Below are positions 14,879 to 25,327 of a stretch of 64,000 nucleotides of DNA, piece after piece. How positions within the stretch are numbered: position 1 is the stretch's first letter; the number at the start of each line of letters is the position of its first letter. The translations under genes were made by a program, and so were the position numbers. The notes under the pieces were generated by a model. That model was not told where the DNA came from. It saw only the letters and a program-made list of their open reading frames with translations, and ran no database searches. This DNA comes from a virus: the IMG/VR virus record IMGVR_UViG_3300034093_003283; one strand, 5' to 3'.

Positions 14879-17433
14879 TGGCTAATTTCTACACAAATGT
14901 TCAATCTTTCGGTGGCAAGATTCTTTATCGTGGTGTCAAAGACGGTAAACGAATCAAACTAAAGATTGATTATGAACCACAATTGTATCTTCCTGCTCGG
15001 CGTGGTAATGGTACACACAAATCTCTTGATGGTATAGACCTCGTACCAAAGCGATTTGATGGCATCCGTGAAGCAAGAGACTATGTAAAACAATTTGAAG
15101 ATGTTGCTGGTGGTACAAAAATCTATGGTAACACCAGATTTGAATATGCATTTATCGCAGAACAACATACCGAAATGGTTGATTGGGATGCTGATAAAGT
15201 TTCTGTTGGTGTAATTGATATTGAGGTTGGTTCAGAGAATGGTTTTCCAGACCCATATCTGGCCAACGAACCAATCACCGCAATTGCCATAACCTATCTA
15301 AATGGCATGACCCATGTTTTTGGTTGTGGTGATTACAATAATTATGACGATAATGTAACATACGTAAAATGCAGAGATGAATGGTCTCTTTGCAAAAGAT
15401 TCTTGGAATTGTGGTCACACAATACACCAGATGTTATCACTGGTTGGAACACCAAGTTCTTTGATATACCATATCTTGTGAATCGTTTTCGTAAGATTCT
15501 TGGTGAAGATGAAACTAGAAAATTATCTCCGTGGAACTTTATCACAGAACGAAAAACCAATATCAATGGCCGACAATTGATTGCATATAGTCTTGTTGGT
15601 GTTGAATCACTCGACTATATTGAATTATACAAATGGTATGCGCCGGGTGGTAAGTCACAAGAATCGTATCGATTGGATAATATCGCACAGGTGGAACTTG
15701 GTGAAGGTAAAATCTCATATGATGAATTCGATAACCTTCATGCATTGTATCGCCTCAACTTCCAAAAGTTTATTGAATACAACATCAAAGACGTTAAGTT
15801 GATTATAAAATTGGAAGACAAACTTAAGCTTTTGGAATTGGCCTTAACTCTTGCATATGATACCAAATGTAACTATGAAGATGTATTTGCACAAACACGT
15901 ATGTGGGATGCACTGACATATTCGTATCTGTTGAATCGTGGTATCATTGTACCACCCCGTGAAGTACAAGATAAAGATGCTGCGTTTGAAGGTGCGTATG
16001 TAAAAGACCCACAAGTTGGTATGCACAATTGGGTTGCATCGTTTGACTTGAATAGTTTGTATCCACATTTGATGATGCAGTATAACATTTCACCAGAGAC
16101 ACTAATCGAACCACAAGACTATACACCTGAAATGCGAGAAGTTATTTCTCAAGGTGTAAGCGTTGATAAATTGTTGATTAAGTCGGTTAATCTATCAAAT
16201 CTGACTGATTGCACAATTACACCAAACGGACAATTTTTTCGCACAGATAAGATTGGTTTCTTACCTGCAATGATGGAAGAGATGTATCAAGACCGTAAAA
16301 AGTTTAAGAAGATGATGTTGATTGCTCAACAGGAGTATGAAAATGAAAAAGACGAATTCAAAAAATACGAAATTGACAAACGTGTGGCTAGATTTAATAA
16401 CCTACAACTCGCAAAGAAAGTATCCCTCAACTCTGCCTACGGCGCTTTGGGAAGCCAGTATTTTAGGTTTTATGACCTACGCATGGCTCTGGGAGTTACA
16501 ACAGCAGGCCAACTATCAATCAAATGGATTGAAGCAAAAATCAACCAGTACATGAATAAGCTTTTGTCCACAGACAATGTGGACTATGTGATTGCATCAG
16601 ACACAGATTCTATTTACCTACGCCTTGGTGATTTGGTTAACAAGGTCTATGGTGTTGATGGTGTTGTTAAAATGCCTGCACAAAAGATTATTGAATTTAT
16701 GGATCGTGTTTGTGAAGACAAATTACAACCACACATTGATAGATCATACCAAGAGTTGGCAGATTATGTTCATGCATTTGCACAAAAGATGCAGATGAAA
16801 CGTGAAGGTCTTTCTGATAAGGGTGTGTGGACTGCCAAGAAGCGTTATATTCTAAATGTGTATAACAATGAAGGTGTGCAGTATGCTGAACCACACATGA
16901 AGGTGATGGGTTTGGAAATGATTAAATCATCCACACCATCTGCCATCCGTGAGAAGATGAAATTATCTATTAAGTTGATGATGACTGGTACAGAACAAGA
17001 GGTGCAAGACTTTATTGCCAAGTTTAGGCAGGAGTTTAAAACACTGCCTGCGGAAGAAATATCTTTCCCTAGAGGATTGAATGGGCTAAATACTTATTCC
17101 GATCCAGTAATGTTGTTCAAAAAAGGCACACCAATCCATGTTCGTGGTGCGATTGTGTACAATCATTATCTGAAACAAAAAGATTTGACTAAGAAGTACC
17201 CATTGATTCAAGAAGGTGAAAAACTTAAATTTACCTATCTGAAAATGCCAAATCATTTCAAAAATGATGTGATTTCTTTCCCATCAAGAATACCAAAAGA
17301 GTTTGAGCTTGACAACTACATCGACTATGATGTACAATTCGACAAGGCCTTTCTGGAACCAATCAGTGTAATTCTACGTTGCATGAATTGGTCGGCTGAA
17401 AAAACAAATTCATTAGAGGACTTTTTTACATGA
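14878..17433 (+). CDS. gp43: family B DNA polymerase
   Basis: DIEV exonuclease, SFDLNSLYP, KVSLNSAYG, SDTDS, C-terminal SLEDFF clamp-binding motif. Confidence 0.98.
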   Translation: MANFYTNVQSFGGKILYRGVKDGKRIKLKIDYEPQLYLPARRGNGTHKSLDGIDLVPKRFDGIREARDYVKQFEDVAGGTKIYGNTRFEYAFIAEQHTEMVDWDADKVSVGVIDIEVGSENGFPDPYLANEPITAIAITYLNGMTHVFGCGDYNNYDDNVTYVKCRDEWSLCKRFLELWSHNTPDVITGWNTKFFDIPYLVNRFRKILGEDETRKLSPWNFITERKTNINGRQLIAYSLVGVESLDYIELYKWYAPGGKSQESYRLDNIAQVELGEGKISYDEFDNLHALYRLNFQKFIEYNIKDVKLIIKLEDKLKLLELALTLAYDTKCNYEDVFAQTRMWDALTYSYLLNRGIIVPPREVQDKDAAFEGAYVKDPQVGMHNWVASFDLNSLYPHLMMQYNISPETLIEPQDYTPEMREVISQGVSVDKLLIKSVNLSNLTDCTITPNGQFFRTDKIGFLPAMMEEMYQDRKKFKKMMLIAQQEYENEKDEFKKYEIDKRVARFNNLQLAKKVSLNSAYGALGSQYFRFYDLRMALGVTTAGQLSIKWIEAKINQYMNKLLSTDNVDYVIASDTDSIYLRLGDLVNKVYGVDGVVKMPAQKIIEFMDRVCEDKLQPHIDRSYQELADYVHAFAQKMQMKREGLSDKGVWTAKKRYILNVYNNEGVQYAEPHMKVMGLEMIKSSTPSAIREKMKLSIKLMMTGTEQEVQDFIAKFRQEFKTLPAEEISFPRGLNGLNTYSDPVMLFKKGTPIHVRGAIVYNHYLKQKDLTKKYPLIQEGEKLKFTYLKMPNHFKNDVISFPSRIPKEFELDNYIDYDVQFDKAFLEPISVILRCMNWSAEKTNSLEDFFT

Positions 17434-18425
17434 TTTTCCTAACATTCCTGACAGCAATGGCGCTGTCGGGAGTTGCTGCTTATTATTCTGTCATTGGATT
17501 GGCAGCAATATTTCCAGGTTCGTTTTGGCCTGTTGTTCTTATGGGTTCTGTACTTGAAGGTGCAAAACTGGTAACTGTTTCTTGGTTGTATCGTAATTGG
17601 AAAGAAATTCCAATACTGATGAAATCATATCTGGTTATAGCCTGTTTCATTTTGATGCTTATTACATCAATGGGCATTTTTGGTTATTTGTCAAAGGCAC
17701 ACCTGGAACATTCTTCTGATGCTGCACCATTGGTAAATAAAATTGCACTCATTGATGAAAAGATAAAAGTATCTAAGGAGAATGTTGATGTTAATCGCAA
17801 GGCACTCAAACAGATGGATGAGGCTGTGGACCAAGTTATGGGTCGCTCAAGTGATGAAAAGGGTGCCGAGAAAGCAGTGGTTATCCGTAGAGGGCAACAA
17901 AAGGAACGTGGAAGAATCTTTGCTGAAATCGAAGCCGAACAGAAAAAAATTGGCAGTCTTAATGAGGAACGGATGCCTATGGCCACAGAAGCTCAGAAGA
18001 CCGCTGCGGACTTAGGACCAATTAAATATGTTGCAGAATTAATTTATGGTTCTGGTGATGCCGATGTGGTAGACAAAGCAGTCCGCCTGGTAATCATGTT
18101 AATCATGGTTGTATTTGACCCGTTAGCTGTGTTATTATTGATTGCAGCAAACATGTCGATGCAAGATAGGCGTGTAAAGGAAATTGTACAAAAGCCGAAT
18201 GAAGAATTGCCACCTGCGCCACCAATCAAAGAAGAATTGATAGAAGAACCTGAATCCAAAAAGGAAGAAACTGTAGAGATTAGAAAAGACAACATGATTA
18301 TAATTGATGAAGCCACTGGTGAATCAATACCACCAATTACTTCATCTGAACAACAATTACCTAAAAAGTTAGAACCTAAGTATGATTATGATGAACCATA
18401 TTCGTTTCGTGAAAAAGGAAAATAA
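17430..18425 (+). CDS. membrane and coiled-coil hypothetical protein
   Basis: N-terminal TM segments, GIFGYLSKAH, VFDPLAVLLL. Confidence 0.8.
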   Translation: MIFLTFLTAMALSGVAAYYSVIGLAAIFPGSFWPVVLMGSVLEGAKLVTVSWLYRNWKEIPILMKSYLVIACFILMLITSMGIFGYLSKAHLEHSSDAAPLVNKIALIDEKIKVSKENVDVNRKALKQMDEAVDQVMGRSSDEKGAEKAVVIRRGQQKERGRIFAEIEAEQKKIGSLNEERMPMATEAQKTAADLGPIKYVAELIYGSGDADVVDKAVRLVIMLIMVVFDPLAVLLLIAANMSMQDRRVKEIVQKPNEELPPAPPIKEELIEEPESKKEETVEIRKDNMIIIDEATGESIPPITSSEQQLPKKLEPKYDYDEPYSFREKGK

Positions 18426-19493
18426 ATGAGCATTCTCGACAAAATTAAAAAGAACAGCAGTATCAAAGATTCTGCCATCTTATCAAAATCAAAATTCTTT
18501 AATGATAAAGATATGATTCCAACCGCAGTGCCAATCATTAACGTGGCACTTTCTGGTAAGTTAGACGGTGGTCTAACACCAGGTCTTACAATGTGGGCCG
18601 GTCCATCTAAACACTTTAAGACAGCATTCAGTTTATTGATGGCCAAATCTTACTTGGACAAATATCCAGATGCAGCACTCCTATTCTATGATTCGGAGTT
18701 TGGTACTCCACAGTCTTATTTTGACAGTTTTGGTATTGACACAGAGCGGGTGCTCCATACTCCTCTTACAGATATTGAACAACTCAAGTTCGACATAATG
18801 GCTCAATTGACACAACTTGAGCGTGGTGATAAATTGATTATCGTCATTGATTCAATTGGCAACTTAGCATCAAAGAAAGAAGTTGAAGATGCTTTGGCTG
18901 AAAAATCAGTTGCTGATATGTCTAGAGCAAAACAAGTCAAGTCTTTGTTCCGTATGGTAACACCACACTTGTCTTTAAAAGATATTCCAATGGTTGTTGT
19001 TAATCACACATACATGGAAATTGGAATGTTCCCGAAAGCAATCGTTGGTGGTGGTACTGGTTCATACTACTCTGCTGATAATATTTTCATCATCGGTCGC
19101 CAACAAGAAAAAGACGGTACAGAAGTTACCGGTTACAATTTTATTATTAACGTAGAGAAAAGTAGATATGTCAAAGAAAAATCTAAGATACCTGTTAGCG
19201 TATCTTTTGACGGTGGTATTAGCACTTGGTCTGGTTTGCTCGACCTTGCTTTGGAATCCAAGCATGTGGTCAAACCAAAGAATGGTTGGTACCAACGTGT
19301 TGATTCTGACGGTGTGATTGAAGAAAAGAATTACCGTGAAAAAGAAACTGACACTAAAGATTTCTGGATGCCTATTCTTAAACAGAAATCTTTCCGTGAT
19401 TTTGTTGAGAACAAATATCGTGTAGCAGCCGGTGAAATTATGACAAGCAACATTGACGAAACATTCGATGTTGAAACTATGAATGGTGCATGA
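18426..19493 (+). CDS. uvsX: RecA-like recombinase
   Basis: GPSKHFKT, YDSEFG, IDSIGNL. Confidence 0.97.
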   Translation: MSILDKIKKNSSIKDSAILSKSKFFNDKDMIPTAVPIINVALSGKLDGGLTPGLTMWAGPSKHFKTAFSLLMAKSYLDKYPDAALLFYDSEFGTPQSYFDSFGIDTERVLHTPLTDIEQLKFDIMAQLTQLERGDKLIIVIDSIGNLASKKEVEDALAEKSVADMSRAKQVKSLFRMVTPHLSLKDIPMVVVNHTYMEIGMFPKAIVGGGTGSYYSADNIFIIGRQQEKDGTEVTGYNFIINVEKSRYVKEKSKIPVSVSFDGGISTWSGLLDLALESKHVVKPKNGWYQRVDSDGVIEEKNYREKETDTKDFWMPILKQKSFRDFVENKYRVAAGEIMTSNIDETFDVETMNGA

Positions 19494-19813
19494 TGATAGA
19501 AGGTATTGATTATTGCTTCATCTATCCAAAAGATGACAAGTCTTCCGTTCATATTAAATTTTTGGATGGACCATACAAAGATACCATCTTCAAGTATGGT
19601 AAGGTAAAGTTCAAAGAAGAAAATGAACAAGTCTATTTACTTTTTGCTTACGATGTGTTAGAATCGACAGTCAAGAAGCCAGCCAAACTGGAAAAAGATG
19701 GCGACTTTAAAAATTATATTGGTGACTTATTGGTAGAAATAATGTCATCTAACATGGAACAGGAAGTGGTTGATGAAACTGGAACAGACGATCTTAAAGA
19801 ATCTAATTTATAA
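19490..19813 (+). CDS. hypothetical protein between uvsX and gp41
   Basis: Coupled ORF at the T4 gene 40 position. Confidence 0.7.
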   Translation: MMIEGIDYCFIYPKDDKSSVHIKFLDGPYKDTIFKYGKVKFKEENEQVYLLFAYDVLESTVKKPAKLEKDGDFKNYIGDLLVEIMSSNMEQEVVDETGTDDLKESNL

Positions 19814-21167
19814 TGAAGAATATCTACGCAAGGTTTTGCCATTCTTAAAATCGGAATATTTTACAGACAGAACAGATAAGACATTATACCATGAAATTGC
19901 ATCGTTCACAGAAACTTACAATTCTCCACCAACGATTGAAGCGCTTGTATTGGCCGTCAAAGAGAGGCGTAACCTCACAGATGATGAAGTGGAGAAGTGT
20001 GAAACTTATCTCCAAGAAATTGCAAAAACTAAGGATGAAGAATCCAAGGTTCAATGGCTTACTGACAAAACCGAACAATTCTGTCAAGAGAAAGCGATAT
20101 ACAATGCAGTACTGGGGGCTATTTCCATACTTGACGGGAAAGACAAGACCCAAGACAAAGGTGCGATTCCCAAGGTATTATCGGACGCTCTGGCTGTAAG
20201 TTTCGATAATTCAGTTGGCCATGACTATCTAGAAAACTCGGAAGAACGATATGAATTCTACCATCGTAAAGAAGAACGAATCCCCTTTGATTTGGATTTC
20301 TTTAACAAGATCACAAAAGGTGGTCTACCTACTAAAACGCTTAATATCGCTCTTGCCGGAACTGGCGTGGGAAAAAGTTTGTTCATGTGCCATGTGGCTG
20401 CGGGCTGTATGGTACAAGGCAAGAATGCACTTTACATCACCATGGAAATGGCTGAAGAAAAGATCGCAGAAAGAATAGATGCGAATCTATTGAATGTTAC
20501 AGTTGATGACCTTGTAAATTTACCTAAAGAGATGTATGATAAGAAGATTGCTAAGCTCCGTGAAAAGACTATTGGAAAACTCATCATTAAAGAGTACCCT
20601 ACAGCATCTGCGAGCACCACTCATTTTCGCACCTTACTCAATGAGCTTAACCTTAAAAAGTCTTTTGTTCCTGATATTATCTTTATTGATTATCTTAACA
20701 TTTGTTGTAGTGCTAGAGTTAAAGCTGGTGCTAACGTCAACAGTTACACCTATGTTAAGGCTATTGCCGAAGAATTGCGTGGACTTGCAGTTGAATACGG
20801 AGTACCAATTGTATCTGCAACACAAACAACAAGAAGTGGTTTTACTTCATCCGACCCAGGACTTGAGGACACAAGTGAGAGTTTTGGTCTGCCAGCAACC
20901 GCAGACTTGATGTTTGCTTTGATTTCTTCCGAAGAATTGGAAGAACTTGGTCAGATTATGGTCAAACAGTTGAAGAATCGTTACTCGGATCCAACAATGT
21001 ATAAACGATTCACCTTGGGTATTGACAGAGCAAAGATGCGCCTGTATGATGTGGATCAATCTGGTCAAAATGGCATCACTGATTCCGGTCAACCAGATAA
21101 ACCACTCAACACATTTGGCAATAGAGAAAAACCACAAAAGAAATCATTTGATGGATTTAAAGTATGA
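19770..21167 (+). CDS. gp41: replicative DNA helicase
   Basis: AGTGVGKS, IDYLNI, SATQTTR, KQLKNRY. Confidence 0.97.
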   Translation: MMKLEQTILKNLIYNEEYLRKVLPFLKSEYFTDRTDKTLYHEIASFTETYNSPPTIEALVLAVKERRNLTDDEVEKCETYLQEIAKTKDEESKVQWLTDKTEQFCQEKAIYNAVLGAISILDGKDKTQDKGAIPKVLSDALAVSFDNSVGHDYLENSEERYEFYHRKEERIPFDLDFFNKITKGGLPTKTLNIALAGTGVGKSLFMCHVAAGCMVQGKNALYITMEMAEEKIAERIDANLLNVTVDDLVNLPKEMYDKKIAKLREKTIGKLIIKEYPTASASTTHFRTLLNELNLKKSFVPDIIFIDYLNICCSARVKAGANVNSYTYVKAIAEELRGLAVEYGVPIVSATQTTRSGFTSSDPGLEDTSESFGLPATADLMFALISSEELEELGQIMVKQLKNRYSDPTMYKRFTLGIDRAKMRLYDVDQSGQNGITDSGQPDKPLNTFGNREKPQKKSFDGFKV

Positions 21168-22270
21168 ATTTAACCAAAGATGATGCATTACATTGTGCCA
21201 AAGTATTTCAAGATTACTTTGGTAACTTTCATCGTGTCGATGATTATATGCGTGACCAGAAATTGGCATCTTTGTCTGGTCTATCTTCCAATCCTTTGTT
21301 TCCATTAGAAGATGATTTATTCTCAGACTTCACAATGCATCCAAATGATATGGATTTTGAAGTACTAGAAATACCACAAGAGACTTGGGAAACATTACTC
21401 AATATTACCAGTTCACATATCAACATTTCACCAGTTGGCCGTCAGATAAGATTGGCCGTCAAAGAGAAGAACACAGGAAAGTTCGTTGGATTCATTCGAT
21501 TAGGTTCACCTGTAATCAACATGAAACCACGCAATGAAATGCTTGGACAAGTGTTTACACAGAAACCGGAATGGTCCAAACGATTCAATGGGTCTGCAAT
21601 GATGGGTTTTGTGATTGTACCAGCGCAACCTTTCGGTTTCAATTACCTTGGCGGAAAGTTACTTGCAGGTATATGTACATCACATGAAGTCCGTGAGATT
21701 GCAAACAAAAAGTATGGTATGAATCTGTGTTTGTTTGAGACTACCAGTTTGTATGGAAGTTCTAAGACCGTATCACAATATGATGGTATGAAACCATATA
21801 TTCGTTATAAAGGTTTGACTGACAGTGATTTCATTCCCATGATGCATGGTAAACCTTATGAAGATTTACGCAACTTTGTGGAAGATAAGGTTGGTGATAT
21901 TGTTGATGAAGATGTTTCAAGTAAGAAGTTAAAGACTACCATGAGGATTATAGCTTTAACTAAAGCTGCACTTAAAGGCCAACCTGAAGGGGCATCATTC
22001 ATGGAAACGATTGTCAATGCAAAAAAGTTGACAGAGCAAAAAAGATATTACATCAGTGATTATGGTTACAAAAACATGGTAGACTACGTTAACTGTAAGA
22101 CCGATATGCTTATTCCTGGTGAAAACTATGAGAAACACAATCTGGTAAACTTGATTGCATGGTGGAAGAACAAGGCATCAAACCGATTCGACACACTAAA
22201 GACTGAAAATAGATTGAGAACCGAATTAGAGGTTTGGACTTCTGGAAAGCCTATTGATATTATCAGATAA
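21164..22270 (+). CDS. DUF4338/DruA-like domain protein
   Basis: QPFGFNYLGGKLLA, FETTSLYG, SQYDG. Confidence 0.65.
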   Translation: MNLTKDDALHCAKVFQDYFGNFHRVDDYMRDQKLASLSGLSSNPLFPLEDDLFSDFTMHPNDMDFEVLEIPQETWETLLNITSSHINISPVGRQIRLAVKEKNTGKFVGFIRLGSPVINMKPRNEMLGQVFTQKPEWSKRFNGSAMMGFVIVPAQPFGFNYLGGKLLAGICTSHEVREIANKKYGMNLCLFETTSLYGSSKTVSQYDGMKPYIRYKGLTDSDFIPMMHGKPYEDLRNFVEDKVGDIVDEDVSSKKLKTTMRIIALTKAALKGQPEGASFMETIVNAKKLTEQKRYYISDYGYKNMVDYVNCKTDMLIPGENYEKHNLVNLIAWWKNKASNRFDTLKTENRLRTELEVWTSGKPIDIIR

Positions 22271-22291
22271 ATACTTTTATTTGGGGTGAAA

Positions 22292-22999
22292 ATGGATACC
22301 AACAATAAAGGTTTTTTATATGAAAATACAATTAATAAAAATTTAAAAGCTGCAGGTGTGCAGAAAAAGTCTTTTGCTGGTGCAGGTGCAGATTCGAATG
22401 CTCCGGATGCAGAAATAACTTTTAAAGGTAAAGATTACAAAGTTGAAGTTAAGTTGGATTTAAATGTTGATTTCGGACAAGGTTCACTTGATTATGATTT
22501 AGATAAAGAAAAATGGAAACTCGGCGGCGCAAAGACTGCATCAGCAGAACAAATGAGAGAGTTTTTAACACAAATTGGTGTTCTTGATATGGTGAATAAA
22601 GAATGGGGACCAAAAGGTCCCCCAAGACGTTATACCGTACCAACAAGTAAATATAAAAAAGAAGATGTTGATTTTGACTATAAAAATTTCAAAGATTTTT
22701 TTGTTGATATACCAAAAACTTCAGTAGCAAATTATTATAATAGTAAAAAAACATATTATATACAAATTGGTGGTTATGGTTTATACCATATGGGTAAAGA
22801 CATTGCTAAATTAGGCACAGAAGAATTTAAATTAAATTTGCGTTTGAGAGTTAGATTGAAACGTGGTGGAAGTAATCCAATTTACAACTATCGATTCACC
22901 ACAGCAATTCAGGCGGTAAAGAATTCCTTGAAAAAATCAGATTCTGACCTTGATGATAAAGATTATTTAAAGGCTTTGGCTGCTAGAGGTAAAAAATAA
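22292..22999 (+). CDS. PD-(D/E)xK nuclease-like protein
   Basis: GFLYE...PDAEI...KVEVK. Confidence 0.6.
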   Translation: MDTNNKGFLYENTINKNLKAAGVQKKSFAGAGADSNAPDAEITFKGKDYKVEVKLDLNVDFGQGSLDYDLDKEKWKLGGAKTASAEQMREFLTQIGVLDMVNKEWGPKGPPRRYTVPTSKYKKEDVDFDYKNFKDFFVDIPKTSVANYYNSKKTYYIQIGGYGLYHMGKDIAKLGTEEFKLNLRLRVRLKRGGSNPIYNYRFTTAIQAVKNSLKKSDSDLDDKDYLKALAARGKK

Positions 23000-23301
23000 T
23001 GCCACTAACCGATTTTGATAAAATTTTAAAGAGTTACGAAGATTCAGAAGATGATTTTGGATTCTCTGCCGTATCTGAGCAAGAATATAACTCAGCCATC
23101 AAAGAGAGTGTTAAGACTGTTGAGACAGTTAAAAATACTTTATCTGAAACTGAACAACGAATGGTTGAACTTGAGAAGATGATTATTCCTTTCCTAAAGA
23201 AACTACATAGTACAGGTGATAAAGAATACATCTATTGGCCAAACCGTAAACCTGCAATTGAAAAACAAATAGAGAAAATATTAAAACTGACTAGAGGATG
23301 A
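22999..23301 (+). CDS. conserved hypothetical protein
   Basis: DDFGFSAV, KEYIYWPNR. Confidence 0.75.
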   Translation: MPLTDFDKILKSYEDSEDDFGFSAVSEQEYNSAIKESVKTVETVKNTLSETEQRMVELEKMIIPFLKKLHSTGDKEYIYWPNRKPAIEKQIEKILKLTRG

Positions 23302-23304
23302 TTT

Positions 23305-24015
23305 ATGTCTGCGACTGTGATTTTGCCAACTACTGGTGTTCCGGAGTTGAGAAGTGCTGTTCAAAGTGTACTTGAACAAACCTATGATACTAAATGTTAT
23401 GTTGTTGCTGATGGTTTTAAATGCCATTCAAACACTAGAATAATAACAGATGATTTTTTAAGCCGAAAAAATCTGGAAAGATGTTATTTGCCTATCAATG
23501 TTGGTGCCAATGGTTTTTATGGTCACCGAACCTATGCCGCATTCACACACTTAATTGATACCAAATATGTTTTGTATTTGGACCAAGATTGTTGGCTCGA
23601 TCCAGACCACGTTGAAAATTGTATTCAAACAATTGAACAAAATGATTTGGATTGGTCATATTCACTCAGAAAAATATATGACAAAGATGGCAATTATATT
23701 ACAAATGATGACTGTGAATCATTAGGTAAATGGCAATCTTATCATGGTATCAATCATATAGATACAAATTGCTATTGCCTCAAGACTGAAATTGCGATAA
23801 AATTAGCACAAGTCTGGCATGGCGGTTGGGGACAAGATAGAGTTTGGTTACAGGTGTTATCACAACATTTTCCTAAGTATGAATGTACCAGAAAATACAC
23901 AGTAAATTATAGAGTAGATGGTAATGCAGGTTCAGTCAATGCCGACTTCTTTCACAATGGTAATAAAATAATGAATGAAAAATATAATGGAGTTTTCCCG
24001 TGGCAAAAAATTTAA
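23305..24015 (+). CDS. glycosyltransferase family 2
   Basis: VQSVLEQTY, VVADG, YLDQD. Confidence 0.85.
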   Translation: MSATVILPTTGVPELRSAVQSVLEQTYDTKCYVVADGFKCHSNTRIITDDFLSRKNLERCYLPINVGANGFYGHRTYAAFTHLIDTKYVLYLDQDCWLDPDHVENCIQTIEQNDLDWSYSLRKIYDKDGNYITNDDCESLGKWQSYHGINHIDTNCYCLKTEIAIKLAQVWHGGWGQDRVWLQVLSQHFPKYECTRKYTVNYRVDGNAGSVNADFFHNGNKIMNEKYNGVFPWQKI

Positions 24016-24857
24016 TAATCGGTGCTTTTACAGGTTACAATTACAATCAATTGAAACCATGGGTTGAATCAATTGATTCTTGTGGTTTTGTTGGTGACAA
24101 AGTGATGGTTGTTGGTGATGCATCGCAAGACACTAGGAACGAATTACTCAAACAAGGTTTTCGGTTACATGATATGCCAAGAATTAATGCACCAATACAT
24201 GTTGCAAGATTTTGGTCAATCTATGACTTTCTTCATAACAACTGGGAAGAATATGATATTGTTGTAACCACAGATGTTAAAGATGTATATTTCCAAAGAG
24301 ACCCTTGTGCATGGATTAAGGAATACACAGACAAACCATTGGTTGCTGGTTCCGAATCTTTACGTTATAAAGACGAATCTTGGGGTGATGAAAATTTGAT
24401 GCAGGCTTATGGTCCAGAAGTTTACGAAAGATTCAAAAACAATATCATCTATAACGTAGGAACCTTTGGTGGCCAATCCGATTATGTTAGAGATATGTGT
24501 TTCAACATCTTCACCAATTCACTCAACAGGCCAATTCCTATTGTTGACCAGGCGGTCTATAATGTTTTAATCAATACACAACCTTATAAAGATAATGTAT
24601 TGTTTACCAACCAGGAAGATGGCTGGGCGGTACAACTTGGCACTACTGGTGACCCATCTAAGATGGAACGTTTCCGACCAAACTTAACTGAACCCGAACC
24701 ACTATTTGATTACAATAAAAAAGTAATTACAACATCGGCCGGTGAACCACATTGCATTGTACATCAGTATGATCGTGTTCCACTTTGGCAGAGTTTGGTT
24801 AGAAACATGTTTAACCAAGAAGACCCCAATCAATTTTTTACATTTAGGACTACATAA
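24000..24857 (+). CDS. glycosyltransferase-like protein
   Basis: TDVKDVYFQ, DQAVYN, HQYDR. Confidence 0.75.
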   Translation: MAKNLIIGAFTGYNYNQLKPWVESIDSCGFVGDKVMVVGDASQDTRNELLKQGFRLHDMPRINAPIHVARFWSIYDFLHNNWEEYDIVVTTDVKDVYFQRDPCAWIKEYTDKPLVAGSESLRYKDESWGDENLMQAYGPEVYERFKNNIIYNVGTFGGQSDYVRDMCFNIFTNSLNRPIPIVDQAVYNVLINTQPYKDNVLFTNQEDGWAVQLGTTGDPSKMERFRPNLTEPEPLFDYNKKVITTSAGEPHCIVHQYDRVPLWQSLVRNMFNQEDPNQFFTFRTT

Positions 24858-25327
24858 TGAGTGAATTAATAATGATTCCAGTAAAAACAGAATCTGATGT
24901 TGAAACGTTGCGGCAAATTAGAAATGTTTGCAAAAATTTTATGACAAGACATACCGATGAAATAACATACGAACAACAACAAAACTGGTATAAAAACATT
25001 GACAAAGACACCAATAAACTTTATTTGTTACATAAAATATATTGTGGATCCGTTGGTGATATTATTGGTTATGGATACATAAGAATTGAAGATGGTTGTG
25101 TACTATTAACGGGTGGTTTAATTGAATCTGAGAGAGCTAAAGGATATGGCCACATCCTTTTTGAATATCTTGTAAAGAATTCTGAACAGTTTAAAATACC
25201 AATTAAATTAGAGGTATTAAAAACAAACATGAAAGCATTTTCTGTTTACAACAAAATTGGTTTTAGGGTTACCGCAGACGATGGTAAAGTAATTAAAATG
25301 GAGTATTATTATGATTCAGTTATTTAA
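24857..25327 (+). CDS. GNAT acetyltransferase
   Basis: RAKGYG, NMKAFSVYNKIGF. Confidence 0.85.
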   Translation: MSELIMIPVKTESDVETLRQIRNVCKNFMTRHTDEITYEQQQNWYKNIDKDTNKLYLLHKIYCGSVGDIIGYGYIRIEDGCVLLTGGLIESERAKGYGHILFEYLVKNSEQFKIPIKLEVLKTNMKAFSVYNKIGFRVTADDGKVIKMEYYYDSVI

